Source: Candidatus Poribacteria bacterium (GTDB lineage: Bacteria > Poribacteria > WGA-4E > PCPOR2b). From it: a stretch of DNA of 64,000 nucleotides. Where the stretch lies: assembly GCA_965208325.1 (NCBI GenBank), contig OZ242326.1, positions 4,352,001 through 4,416,000 on the forward strand, given 5' to 3'. Made by a program: the position numbers and the translations under genes. A model generated the notes under the pieces. It saw only the letters and a list, made by a program, of their open reading frames with translations, did no database searches and had not been told where the DNA came from. Shown one piece after another: positions 9,444 to 19,646 of this stretch; the first letter of the stretch is position 1, and each line of letters starts with the position of its first letter.

Positions 9444-11636
9444 TTACTTCACTATCACCATCCGACGTAACGCGTTGTAATCACCTGCACGGAATTGATA
9501 GAAATAAGTACCGCTTGTGACGCGTTCGCCGTTTTGGTTCCGCCCGTCCCAATACGCTGCATTCGTTTTGTCACGGTAGATGCCGGACTTCTGATGTCCC
9601 ATGTCCAGCGTTCGCACAATTTGGCCGCTCTGGTCGTAGATGTTTAAGGTCACGAGTGCATCGTTTGCCAACTGATACGGTATCCAGGTTTCGGGGTTGA
9701 ACGGATTCGGGTAATTTTGAAGCAACACTGTCCGTTTAATGTCTCCCAACGTAGTCAAGAAATTTCCCAACGGTTCCACGCCGACTCCAATGCCGGTATA
9801 AGAGTCAAGTTCCCAAAGCAACACAGCCCCATCGTAACCCGAGCTAGCCAGGGTGCCTCCGTCAGGGCTGAATGCAAGGCTATGCACCCACAAGGAATGC
9901 CCATGGAGCGAAGCTAGGAGTTCCCACGAATCGGTGTCCCAGAGACGAACGTTACCGTCGATACCCCCACTGGCGAGTGTGCGTCCGTCGGGACTGAACG
10001 CAAGGCTATTGACGGAATACGCATTCGGGATATTAAGGGTTCGCAGCAGTTCTCCCTTATCAACATTCCACAATAAAATTGATTCCCTACCCCCGCTTGC
10101 GAGGGTGCTGCCTCCTGGGCTGAACGCAACGCTATAGAAAGGGCCTTTATGCTCATGCAGTTTTCGCAGTTGTTCTCCTGTATCTACGTCCCACAGAATA
10201 AGCGCCTCCCAACCCGCGCTTGCCAGCGTTCCTCCGTCCGGACTGAACGCCACGCTATTCAGATCGTGCATATCCACGGTGAGTGTATGCCTAGCGTTCC
10301 CAGCACCGGCGTCCCACAAACGTACGGTGTTGTCCCAACTCGCACTTGCGATAATACTGCCGTCCGGACTGAACGCAACGTCTTTAATCGGAGCCGTATG
10401 ACCCTCAAGCTTTAGCTGCTCTTCTCCGGTATCGGCGTCCCGCACACGGACCGTGTTGCCCCAACTCTCGCTGGCAATGGTTTCGCCGTCGGGGCTGTAC
10501 GCAACGCTGACGCTACCACCAAAATCGCCATCGCCAAACGAGCGTCTGTGTTCTCCCGTTTCGGAGTCCCAAAGCCGGACAGCGTCCCCACTCGCACTTG
10601 CGACTGTGCCGCCGTCCGGGCTGAACGCGACGCTGTGAACTTGGGGGTAGTGTCCGATGATAGTGCGTAGCAGTTTACCCGATCCGGCGTCCCACAGTCG
10701 GAAAGTCTGGTCATGGCTCAAACCGGCAATCGTGCGTCCGTCGGGACTAAATGTAAAGGTATAGCACCAATGCGATTCGTTAAGGCGCCGCAACTCTTCT
10801 CCGGTTGCGGAGTTCCACAATCGGACAACTTGCCCTTCCGCGCTAGCAAGGATGTTCCCATCCGGACTAAATGCGACTGTATCGACCGAACCCGAAGCGG
10901 AAAGTGTACGCAGATGTTGTCCGGTTGTTGCGTCCCATAGGCGGACAGTTTTGTCATTGCTGCCGCTTGCGAGGATGCTGCCGTCCGGACTGAACGCAAC
11001 GCTATACACGTACGCCGTATGCCCCCCCAGCGTGCTTAGGAGGTCTCCAGTATCGGCGTCCCACAGGCCGATGGTTCGGTCTGCGCCCGCGCTAGCGATA
11101 ATACTGCTATCCGGGCTGAACGCTAAGCCGTTGACCCAACTTCCGTACCCGTTGAGCGTGCGAAGATGTCTTCCCGTTTCTGCATCCCAAAGTTCAATAT
11201 CTCGGTTCCCAGTTTCGCTTGCGATGGTGCGTCCGTCGGGGCTGTACGCAAGGCTGTTTGCCGCGCCCGACCCTTTAATCGTTTGCAGATGTTTTCCCGT
11301 TGCGGCATCCCACAGTCGAATGTCATCGTTCCAACTTGCCCCGGCGATTGTGCTGCCATCGGGGCTAATCGCAATGCTGTCGACGTCCGTATTCCCGACA
11401 AACAGATCGGTTTCCTTATGAGTCGCCGTATCGTAAAGCCATACACCGATTCCACTGGCGACCGCGAGTCCGGTACCATCGGGCGTATAAGCAATTTCGT
11501 GAATCCGGCCTTGCCCAATGCGCAATTTGGCGCCTTCGGGCAGCCCCCATTGCAGAGAATGCTGGGCATAGCTTTGCGGTAAACACAGCGCGGCAACGAA
11601 TAACAAGCTGAATTTGAAAACCAATGCCTTCTTCAT
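9444..11636 (-). CDS. Secreted WD40-repeat protein with C-terminal FlgD-Ig/T9SS-CTD-like domain (copy 4)
   Basis: Signal peptide; many GH..V.SVAFSPDG..LAS.S.D.TVRLWD repeats; C-terminal LLQNYPNPFNPETWIPYQL...WDGRN..GE.V.SG.YFY. Confidence 0.92.
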   Translation of the reverse strand: MKKALVFKFSLLFVAALCLPQSYAQHSLQWGLPEGAKLRIGQGRIHEIAYTPDGTGLAVASGIGVWLYDTATHKETDLFVGNTDVDSIAISPDGSTIAGASWNDDIRLWDAATGKHLQTIKGSGAANSLAYSPDGRTIASETGNRDIELWDAETGRHLRTLNGYGSWVNGLAFSPDSSIIASAGADRTIGLWDADTGDLLSTLGGHTAYVYSVAFSPDGSILASGSNDKTVRLWDATTGQHLRTLSASGSVDTVAFSPDGNILASAEGQVVRLWNSATGEELRRLNESHWCYTFTFSPDGRTIAGLSHDQTFRLWDAGSGKLLRTIIGHYPQVHSVAFSPDGGTVASASGDAVRLWDSETGEHRRSFGDGDFGGSVSVAYSPDGETIASESWGNTVRVRDADTGEEQLKLEGHTAPIKDVAFSPDGSIIASASWDNTVRLWDAGAGNARHTLTVDMHDLNSVAFSPDGGTLASAGWEALILWDVDTGEQLRKLHEHKGPFYSVAFSPGGSTLASGGRESILLWNVDKGELLRTLNIPNAYSVNSLAFSPDGRTLASGGIDGNVRLWDTDSWELLASLHGHSLWVHSLAFSPDGGTLASSGYDGAVLLWELDSYTGIGVGVEPLGNFLTTLGDIKRTVLLQNYPNPFNPETWIPYQLANDALVTLNIYDQSGQIVRTLDMGHQKSGIYRDKTNAAYWDGRNQNGERVTSGTYFYQFRAGDYNALRRMVIVK

Positions 11637-12105
11637 TGAAATTTTCCTCCTTGTTGAGTTCGCGGGTGCATCTCCGCGATTTCTACTTTTGGCGTACGTC
11701 CCTTGATTTAAAGCCTGGCTGAAGAAGAAAAAGTTACATGAACGTTTGGAGTTCTCGACTATTCATTTCAGAATATTGATTCTGAACCAATACAAGAAGA
11801 AATTATAATCTTCAAGCGATTTGCCCGCGAGTTGTGAGATGTTCAATTGGAATATCCGACTCCCCGCACTAGTTCCATTACAACGAAGGCATTCATGCAA
11901 ACCTGTATTTGGTACGATAGGACCATTTACATGTAAATTATACACCATTAGATGATTTACTTCAACTTTGACGCGAAAAACCTGATGTATCAAGGCGCGC
12001 GACAGTTTGAATTCCGTCATCTAGAGTGTTGGGTTTTGCATCAAGCTGCGCAGATTGAACGAATCCTTTGGAGAATAACCGTGCTTCACACTGTTCTGTT
12101 AGGCG

Positions 12106-14322
12106 TTACTTAACAATCGCCATCCGCCTTAGAGAAGCGTAATCACCCGCGCGGAGTTGATAGTAATACGCGCCGCTTGTGACGCGTTCTCCGTTCTGGT
12201 TGCGCCCGTCCCAATACGCGGCGTTCTCTTTGTCTTGGTAGACCCCCGGTTTTTGATGTCCAATGTCCAACCTGCGTACGATACGGCCGCTCTGGTCGTA
12301 GATGTTCAAAGTCACGAGCGCATCGTCTGCCAACTGATACGGTATCCAAGTTTCGGGGTTGAACGGATTTGGATAATTCTGCAGCAACGCAGTGCGTTTG
12401 ATGTCGCCAAGAGTCGTCAAGTGATTTTCCCTCGGTTCGACCCCAACTCCGATTGAAGTGCGAAGATCCCATAACAACACGGTGCCGTCCCAACTCCCGC
12501 TGGCGAGGGTGCGTCCCTCGGGACCGAATGTAACGCTATAGACACCATCCGTATGGCCGGTAAGCGTTTGCAGGTGTTTGCCAGTATCAACATCCCAGAG
12601 GCGGATTCTCCGATCTGCATTCGCGCTCACGAGGGTGCCGCCATCAGGGCTGAAATCAACGCTATTGACCCATCCGCCATGCCAAGTAATCGTCCGAAGG
12701 TGTTTGCCGGTATCGACGTTCCACAAGCGGATGGATCTATCCCAACCGCCGCTTGCAAGCGTACTGCCATCTGGACTGAACGCAATGCTCTGGATGGATA
12801 GCGTGTGTCCTTTAAGGACGCGCAGCCTTTCACCGTTATCGACGTCCCATAGTACGATAGTGGTTTTACCCCCACTGGCGAGGATTTTGCCGTCCGGGCT
12901 GTACGCAAGGCTTGAAACCCCAAACCTAGGGGTATGTACGCTGCTCCGTGTTCGTAAGAGTTCACCGGTATCGGCATCCCAAATACGGACGGTATTGTCC
13001 AAACTTCCGCCAGCGACGCGGCGTCCATCAGGACTGAACGCAACCCCATAAATCGAATTCGTATGCCCCATGAGCGTCCGTACGTGTTCTCCAGTAGCCG
13101 TGTCCCACAGACGAATGGTTAGGTCGCGACTTCCGCTTGCGATGCGGCGTCCATCCGGACTGAACACGACGTTCGTGACGTGCTTCTCATGCCCGGTGAG
13201 TGTGTGCAAGTGATCGCCGGTATTGGCGTCCCATAGGCGAACAGTTTCGTCCCCCCAGCTGCCGCTGGCAACCGTTCCGCCGTCTGGACTAAATGCGACA
13301 CTTCTGACCGAGCCCGTATACCCTGTCAGCGTTCCTAAGTGTTTGCCAGTAGCGGCATCCCACACGCGGACGGTACCGTCCCAACTCCCGCTTGCGAGTG
13401 TGCGTCCATCGGGACTGTACGCAACAGTGCCAACCCAATCCGTGTGTCCGTTTAGCGTTTGCAGGTGTTCGCCTGTTATTGTGTCCCACAGGCGGATTGA
13501 ATCGTCCCAGCTTCCGCTCGCAATGGTGCCGCCGTCGGGGCTGAACAAGACACTATTGACCGAATGCGTATGGCCGTTTAGTGTTCGCAGCCGTTTTCCC
13601 GTATTAGCATCCCATAGTAGGATGGAATTATCGTCACTACCGCTAACAATCGTATCACCGTCGGGGCTGAATGAAACACTGTGTACCGGATTCGTGTGAT
13701 CGTCTAGCGTTAGCAGGTGTTTTCCCGTAGACGTGTCCCATAGGCGGATTGTGGTATCTCTACTCCCGCTTGCGATGGTGCCGCCATCGGGACTGTACGA
13801 GACGATAATGACGTTGTCTGTATGCCCGCGGAGCGTATGCAGACTCTTTCCCGTTTCCGAGTCCCACAAATGGATGGTATTGTCGTAAGTCCCTCCTGCT
13901 AAAGTATCGCCGTTGGGACTGAACGAAACGTTAATCACCCAATCCCCGTAACCGTTCAGGGTTCTAAGGCGATTTCCCGTTTCCACATCCCACATACTGA
14001 GGATGTCCACACCGTCACTGGCACTGGCAATTGTACCCCCGTCGGGACTGAACGAAAAACCGCTAATTACTCCTGTATCCCCGGTAAGGAATGCGGCTTC
14101 TTTATGGGTTTCTGCATCGTAAAGCCATATTCCGATGCTGCTGGAAACTGCAAGTCGTTTGCCGTCTGGTGAATACTGTATTTCGCCTATCGAACCTCTA
14201 CCGAGCCGCGCTTTGGCGATTTCGGGTAGATGCCATTGAAGAGAATCTTGGGCGTAGCTGAATGGTACACATAGCGCGGCAACGAAGAAATAGTTAAGCT
14301 TGAAAATTGTGGATTTTTTCAC
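12106..14322 (-). CDS. Secreted WD40-repeat protein with C-terminal FlgD-Ig/T9SS-CTD-like domain (copy 3)
   Basis: Same architecture as its neighbours; GTG start after GGAGGA. Confidence 0.92.
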   Translation of the reverse strand: MKKSTIFKLNYFFVAALCVPFSYAQDSLQWHLPEIAKARLGRGSIGEIQYSPDGKRLAVSSSIGIWLYDAETHKEAAFLTGDTGVISGFSFSPDGGTIASASDGVDILSMWDVETGNRLRTLNGYGDWVINVSFSPNGDTLAGGTYDNTIHLWDSETGKSLHTLRGHTDNVIIVSYSPDGGTIASGSRDTTIRLWDTSTGKHLLTLDDHTNPVHSVSFSPDGDTIVSGSDDNSILLWDANTGKRLRTLNGHTHSVNSVLFSPDGGTIASGSWDDSIRLWDTITGEHLQTLNGHTDWVGTVAYSPDGRTLASGSWDGTVRVWDAATGKHLGTLTGYTGSVRSVAFSPDGGTVASGSWGDETVRLWDANTGDHLHTLTGHEKHVTNVVFSPDGRRIASGSRDLTIRLWDTATGEHVRTLMGHTNSIYGVAFSPDGRRVAGGSLDNTVRIWDADTGELLRTRSSVHTPRFGVSSLAYSPDGKILASGGKTTIVLWDVDNGERLRVLKGHTLSIQSIAFSPDGSTLASGGWDRSIRLWNVDTGKHLRTITWHGGWVNSVDFSPDGGTLVSANADRRIRLWDVDTGKHLQTLTGHTDGVYSVTFGPEGRTLASGSWDGTVLLWDLRTSIGVGVEPRENHLTTLGDIKRTALLQNYPNPFNPETWIPYQLADDALVTLNIYDQSGRIVRRLDIGHQKPGVYQDKENAAYWDGRNQNGERVTSGAYYYQLRAGDYASLRRMAIVK

Positions 14323-14432
14323 TGGAATCCTCCTCCGATTTTGCGTTGTGCATCCAAAAATACTCGTTCTATGTATCGTCAGACAACAATTTTATTAGAA
14401 ATACTCGGATTATCACCTCCAATCGTTATGTG

Positions 14433-16640
14433 CTATTTCAATATCACCATCTGCCTTAACGAAGTGTAATCGTCCGCGCGAAATTGATAATAATATCTGC
14501 CGCTCGCGACCGGTTCCCCGTTATGATTGCGGCCGTCCCAATATGCTGCGCTTGCTTTGTCTCGGTAGACGCCCGTTCTTTGAAGTCCAATGTCGAGTGT
14601 GCGGATAACATGACCGCTCTGATCATAGATGTTCAGCGTCACGAGCGAATCGTTTGCCAACTGATACGGTATCCAGGTTTCCGGGTTGAACGGATTCGGA
14701 AAGTTTTGCAGCAGCGCTGTCCTTTTAATGTTTCCCAGCGTAGTGATTTGACTTCCCAATGGTTCTACACTCAAAGCAATTAAAGAGGTAAGGTTCCACA
14801 CCAACACGGTCCCGTCCGAACTTCCACTGGCGAGCGCGCGTCCATTGACATTGAACGCAACGCTCCGGACCTCGTCCGTATGTCCAATTAAGGTTACCAA
14901 ATGTTCTCCAGATTTGGCTTCCCACAGCCGGACAGTATAGTCACCGCCTCCACTAGCGATGGTTTTGCCATCGGGACTGAACGCAACACTGTTTACCCTA
15001 GCCTCGTGCCCAGTCAGCGTTCGTAGGTGTTTTCCCCTATTAGTGTCCCAAAGACGGATGGTAGCGTCCGCACACCCGCTGGCGACGGTGCGTCCATCGG
15101 GGCTAAACGCAACGCTCCAAACCCAATCCGTATGTCCTTCAAGTGTTCGCAGAAGCCTTCCAGTAGCTGTTGCCCAGAGACGGACTGTATGGTCTCCACC
15201 TCCGCTGGCGATATTGTGTCCATCTGGACTGAACACAACGCTTTCCACGGGCAATGCGTGCCCATTGAACGTGCGCAGCCGTTTTCCGTTATTAACGTCC
15301 CAGAGATGGATAGAAGTGTCCGCGTTCCCGCTCGCTATTCTCTGTCCATCCGGGCTGAATGCAACGCTTATCACCGCCAACGTATTCCCTTTAAGCGTAC
15401 GTAGGGGTTTTCCAGTATCGGTGGACCACAGTTGAATGGTACGGTCCCAGCTTCCACTGGCGACGGTGCCGCCATTGGGACTAAACGCTACACTAGGAAC
15501 CGCCGATTTATGCCCCTCTAAGGTTCGCAGGTGAATTCCCGATTCGGGGTTCCACAAACGAATGTATCGGTCATTACTTCCACTCGCAAGCGTATCACTA
15601 ATGGGATTGAACGCAACGCTCTTCACCGGCCTTGTATGCCCGGCGATTGTTCTCCGGAGTTCCCACGAATGGCCGTCCCACAGACAGATTGTCCCGTCCA
15701 AACTCCCGCTGGCGAACATGCCGCCATCGGAACTGAATGCGACGCTGTCGACCCAATGCGTATGCCTGACGAGCGATCGAATGGGTTTGCCCGTATCCGC
15801 CGCCCACAGCCGAATTGTGTCGTCCAAGCTGCCGCTCGCAATCATGAGTCCATTGGGACTAAATTCAACGCAATTGACCATAGCATCATGTCCCAGGAGA
15901 GTTTGCAGGTTGTCACCAGTATCGGCGCTCCACAGTCGAATGGCATTGTCGCCGCCTCCGCTGGCAATAGTCCCGCCGTCCGGACTAAAGGCTACACTCC
16001 GCACCGAATCCTCATGCGCTTTTACTCTCCAAAGTCGTTCCCCGGTGCGGACGTTCCACAGGCGCATTGTATTATCCGCACCCCCGCTAACGAGCATGCT
16101 GCCGTCGGGGCTGAACGCGACACCATAAACCCAGGACGTGTTCCCAGTAAGCATTCTCAAATAATCGCCGGTATCGGCGTCCCACAGTCGGATGGTACGG
16201 TCTCCGCTTCCGCTTGCGATAATATCCCCATTAGGACTGAAGGCGACACTATTCACCGGACCCGTATGCCCTGTGAGCGTTTGCAGGTGATGGCCAGTAT
16301 TGGCATCCCACAGACGGACCGAACGGTCCTGGCTCCCGCTGACAAGCCTACTGCCATCGGGGCTGAACACTACGCTCCAGACTCGACCCGTATGCCCGGT
16401 CAACAAGGCGACCTCTTGACGCGTCGCCGGGTTGTAGATCCAAATACCGATGCTGCTAGCCACCGCAAGGCGCGTGCCGTTGGGGTAAAATTGTATTTCA
16501 TTTATCCTGCCCTTACCCAGCCGCGTTTTAGCACCTTCAGGTAAGCCCCATTGGGGAAAATCATGTGCAGTGCTGTGTGATAGACAGAATGCGGTAGCGA
16601 AAAAATATGCACTTAATTTGAAAAACAACGCTTTCACCAT
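14433..16640 (-). CDS. Secreted WD40-repeat protein with C-terminal FlgD-Ig/T9SS-CTD-like domain (copy 2)
   Basis: Same architecture; WD40 repeats and NFPNPFNPETWIPYQL tail. Confidence 0.92.
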   Translation of the reverse strand: MVKALFFKLSAYFFATAFCLSHSTAHDFPQWGLPEGAKTRLGKGRINEIQFYPNGTRLAVASSIGIWIYNPATRQEVALLTGHTGRVWSVVFSPDGSRLVSGSQDRSVRLWDANTGHHLQTLTGHTGPVNSVAFSPNGDIIASGSGDRTIRLWDADTGDYLRMLTGNTSWVYGVAFSPDGSMLVSGGADNTMRLWNVRTGERLWRVKAHEDSVRSVAFSPDGGTIASGGGDNAIRLWSADTGDNLQTLLGHDAMVNCVEFSPNGLMIASGSLDDTIRLWAADTGKPIRSLVRHTHWVDSVAFSSDGGMFASGSLDGTICLWDGHSWELRRTIAGHTRPVKSVAFNPISDTLASGSNDRYIRLWNPESGIHLRTLEGHKSAVPSVAFSPNGGTVASGSWDRTIQLWSTDTGKPLRTLKGNTLAVISVAFSPDGQRIASGNADTSIHLWDVNNGKRLRTFNGHALPVESVVFSPDGHNIASGGGDHTVRLWATATGRLLRTLEGHTDWVWSVAFSPDGRTVASGCADATIRLWDTNRGKHLRTLTGHEARVNSVAFSPDGKTIASGGGDYTVRLWEAKSGEHLVTLIGHTDEVRSVAFNVNGRALASGSSDGTVLVWNLTSLIALSVEPLGSQITTLGNIKRTALLQNFPNPFNPETWIPYQLANDSLVTLNIYDQSGHVIRTLDIGLQRTGVYRDKASAAYWDGRNHNGEPVASGRYYYQFRADDYTSLRQMVILK

Positions 16641-16706
16641 TGAAACGATCCTCCGTTAGCAGACCGAACATAGCGTCACTACTTTTCTCACCCGAAGTGT
16701 ATGGCG

Positions 16707-18911
16707 CTACTTCAAAATCACCATCTGCCTTAACGACGTATAATCACCCGCGCGAAGTTTATAGTAATACGAGCCGCTTGGGACGCGTTCTCCGTTTTGA
16801 TTGCGTCCATCCCAATACGCTGCGCGCACCTTGTCTCGGTAGATTCCCGATTTTTGATGTCCAATTTCGAGTGTGCGGACGATATGACCGCTCTGGTTGT
16901 AGATGTTCAACGTCACGAGCGCATCGTCCCCCAACTGATACGGAATCCAAGTTTCGGGGTTGAACGGATTCGGAAAATTTTGCAGCAGCGCTGTCCGTTT
17001 GATGTCTCCCAAGGTGGTAATGCGGTTTCCCAACGGTTCCACGCCAAATGGTATCGAAGAGGGAAGTTCCCACAGCAATACGGTGCCGTCCCCACTCGCG
17101 CTGGCGAGTGCGCGTCCGTCGGCACTGAACGCAAGGCTTCGGACTTCACCTGTATGCCCTGCGCGCACTTGCAGTTTTTTTCCCGTATGGATGTCCCACA
17201 AGCGAATGGTACAGTCCACACCGCTACTGGCGAGTATTCGCCCATTGGGGCTGAACGCAAGGCTTAAGACCCAATTCGTATGCCCTTTGAGCGTTCGCAG
17301 ACGTATTCCGGTATCAGTGTCCCACAGACGGATGGTAAGGTCACCACTCCCGCTAGCGAGCGTTCTGCTATCGGGACTAAATGCTACGCTCGTAACCGAA
17401 TTCGAATGTCCTTTCAGCGTTCGCAGGTGATTTCCGGTATGGGTGTCCCACAGACGCACCGTAGTGTCGCGGCTGCCGCTAGCAATCGTGCCACCGTCTG
17501 GGTTAAACGCAACAACTTCAACCTCGCTATTATGCCCCATGAAGGTCAGCAGCAGTTTTCCGGTATCGGTGTCCCGCAGCCGCACTGTACCGTCTCGTCT
17601 CCCGCTAGCAATTGTTCGCCCATCCGGACCGACCGCAACGCAACTGAACCCTATCCCTTGCCCGTCGTGGGTTCGCAGGCGTCTTCCGGTATCGGTGTGC
17701 CACAGACTTATGGTATCGTGTGCACTTCCACTTGCGATAGTGCGCCCATCGGGACTGAATCCAATGCTAAATACGCTTGATGAATGCCCCTTCAGCGTTC
17801 GCAGGTGTTTTCCCGTATCGGCATCCCGCAGTCGGATTGTATGGGTTTCACCGCTGTACGCGATGATGCTGCTATCGGGACTAAACACAACGCTATAGGC
17901 CCCTAACGTATATCCTTTGAAGGTTCGGCGGTGATTTCCGGTATTGGCGTCCCACAGACGGATTGTAGTGTCGTCGCTCCCACTTGCGATGGTGCCGCCA
18001 TCAGGACTGAACGCTACGGTATCAACATCATCCTTATGACCTATGAGCGTTCGGCGGTGTTTTCCGGTATTGGCATTCCATAGACGGATTGTGTCGTCCC
18101 GGCTCCCACTAGCAATGGTGCGACCATCTGGACTGAACGCAACACTATAGACGGCAGATTCATGTCCCGTAAGCGTTTGGCGGTGTTTTCCGGTATCGGC
18201 GTCCCACAGGCGAATAGTCTTGTCCCAACTCCCGCTTGCAATTGTACGTCCATCGGGGCTGTACACAACCTTAACGATGCCGTCTTCATGCCCCTTGAGC
18301 GTTTGCAGAAGTTTTCCAGTATCGACGTCCAACAGTCGAATAGAGTTGTCCCCAATCGCACTAGCGATGGTGCGGCCATCTGGACTGAACGCAACACTAG
18401 AATGCAAACCCCCACGCAAACCATCCCTGAATATATGCAGGAGTCCTCCGGTGCGGGCGTTCCACAGACGGATGCTGCCCAAACCCGTACTAGCGATGGT
18501 ACGGCCATCTGGACTGAACGCAATGCTAGAGATCCAATTGCTATGGTTGAGCGTTCGAAAGGGTTTTCCCGTGTCGGTGTCCCATAACCGAATAGTATAG
18601 TCCCAACTCCCGCTAGCAATTGTGCGGCCATCCGGACTGAACGCAACGCATTTGACATAGTATGAATGCCCGTTGATTAGGGCGACCTCTTGATAGGTCT
18701 CCGTATCGTAAAGCCAAATTCCGATGCTACTGGCAACAGCAAGTCGAGTGCCGTCAGGCGAATACTGAAGTTCACTTATTTCGCCTTTACCGAAGCGTGC
18801 TTTAGCGTCCTCGGGACGACCCCATTGCGGAGAGTCTTGGGCAAAGCTGGGCGGTAGATATAGGGAGGTTACTAACAGTAAGCTAAGCTCGAAAACAATC
18901 GCCTTTTTCAT
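16707..18911 (-). CDS. Secreted WD40-repeat protein with C-terminal FlgD-Ig/T9SS-CTD-like domain (copy 1)
   Basis: Same architecture; GGAGGA RBS. Confidence 0.92.
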   Translation of the reverse strand: MKKAIVFELSLLLVTSLYLPPSFAQDSPQWGRPEDAKARFGKGEISELQYSPDGTRLAVASSIGIWLYDTETYQEVALINGHSYYVKCVAFSPDGRTIASGSWDYTIRLWDTDTGKPFRTLNHSNWISSIAFSPDGRTIASTGLGSIRLWNARTGGLLHIFRDGLRGGLHSSVAFSPDGRTIASAIGDNSIRLLDVDTGKLLQTLKGHEDGIVKVVYSPDGRTIASGSWDKTIRLWDADTGKHRQTLTGHESAVYSVAFSPDGRTIASGSRDDTIRLWNANTGKHRRTLIGHKDDVDTVAFSPDGGTIASGSDDTTIRLWDANTGNHRRTFKGYTLGAYSVVFSPDSSIIAYSGETHTIRLRDADTGKHLRTLKGHSSSVFSIGFSPDGRTIASGSAHDTISLWHTDTGRRLRTHDGQGIGFSCVAVGPDGRTIASGRRDGTVRLRDTDTGKLLLTFMGHNSEVEVVAFNPDGGTIASGSRDTTVRLWDTHTGNHLRTLKGHSNSVTSVAFSPDSRTLASGSGDLTIRLWDTDTGIRLRTLKGHTNWVLSLAFSPNGRILASSGVDCTIRLWDIHTGKKLQVRAGHTGEVRSLAFSADGRALASASGDGTVLLWELPSSIPFGVEPLGNRITTLGDIKRTALLQNFPNPFNPETWIPYQLGDDALVTLNIYNQSGHIVRTLEIGHQKSGIYRDKVRAAYWDGRNQNGERVPSGSYYYKLRAGDYTSLRQMVILK

Positions 18912-19027
18912 TGGAATAATCCTCCATGCAAGCGTTCGGGATATATCTTCTCAATCTCTAATGGGTTATTCCAGAGATTTATCGGACGTGCAAAGTGAAC
19001 TAGGCTCTTAATCTTGGCGATTGTACG

Positions 19028-19043
19028 AGCAAATACCGTGCCA
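19028..19043 (-). promoter_or_regulatory. Sigma54 (-24/-12) promoter for the WD40 cluster
   Basis: The - strand reads TGGCACGGTATTTGCT: GG-N10-GC, matching the consensus TGGCAC-N5-TTGCW, ~115 nt upstream of the 18911 start. Confidence 0.75.
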
Positions 19044-19116
19044 TTGACACAAAATCAGGACTTTATAGATGGCTTAAACGTGCACGCTGAAAGAGATGAA
19101 AGTTGAGAATTGAAAA

Positions 19117-19156
19117 TGTAGCGATATTCCGACATCACTGTGTCAATTTCGCTACA
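19117..19156. promoter_or_regulatory. Paired upstream activator (bEBP) sites
   Basis: TGTAGCGATATTCCGACA (19117-19134) and TGTGTCAATTTCGCTACA (19139-19156): two TGT-N12-ACA boxes, mutually inverted, 75-115 bp upstream of the sigma54 site. Confidence 0.6.
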
Positions 19157-19646
19157 CCATTTGAATTATTTTCAGACGCGTTCCACACGCTGAAAATCCG
19201 ATCCCCGGGTGATTGAAACCCGTGAGATTCAAATAGCATCGTCTTTTTTTCGGGGAACTTGAGAAGTGTCGGTTAGGTATTGTGCAATGGAGTCGGACTA
19301 TGCGACCACATATACGGTGAGGTTTAATTCGAATTGAATTAGAAATTCACAATTCAAATAATATTTCCGTTACTGTCGAATAGGGCAATTCTCGCCGCAA
19401 AAGGCAAATCGGCTCAAAACCTTCACGTCGAATCCGTTAAGATAAAACATCTGAAGAGCTGCGGCGAGAATCTAAGTGAGGAGCGGCAATTTTGACTAGT
19501 CTTAACCAGTTTACCGGCGTCGTGGGTCGTAACTCTTCGCCGTTGGATAGGTCGGCCTCAACATGCACGCCATTTACAGATATTCTTGTTGCGTTTCAGC
19601 CGACCTACCGAAGGACTCAGTGTAAGAATCATTCACGGCTACACCG

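Noticed and set aside
11640..12100. AT-rich spacer with an 85-aa ORF (11763-12020) between WD40 genes
   Set aside because: No recognisable motif or RBS; cannot support a gene or pseudogene call
9717..18658. Many antisense and alternate-frame ORFs over the WD40 genes
   Set aside because: Shadows of repetitive coding sequence (recurring PSGLNATL is the antisense of SVAFSPDG)
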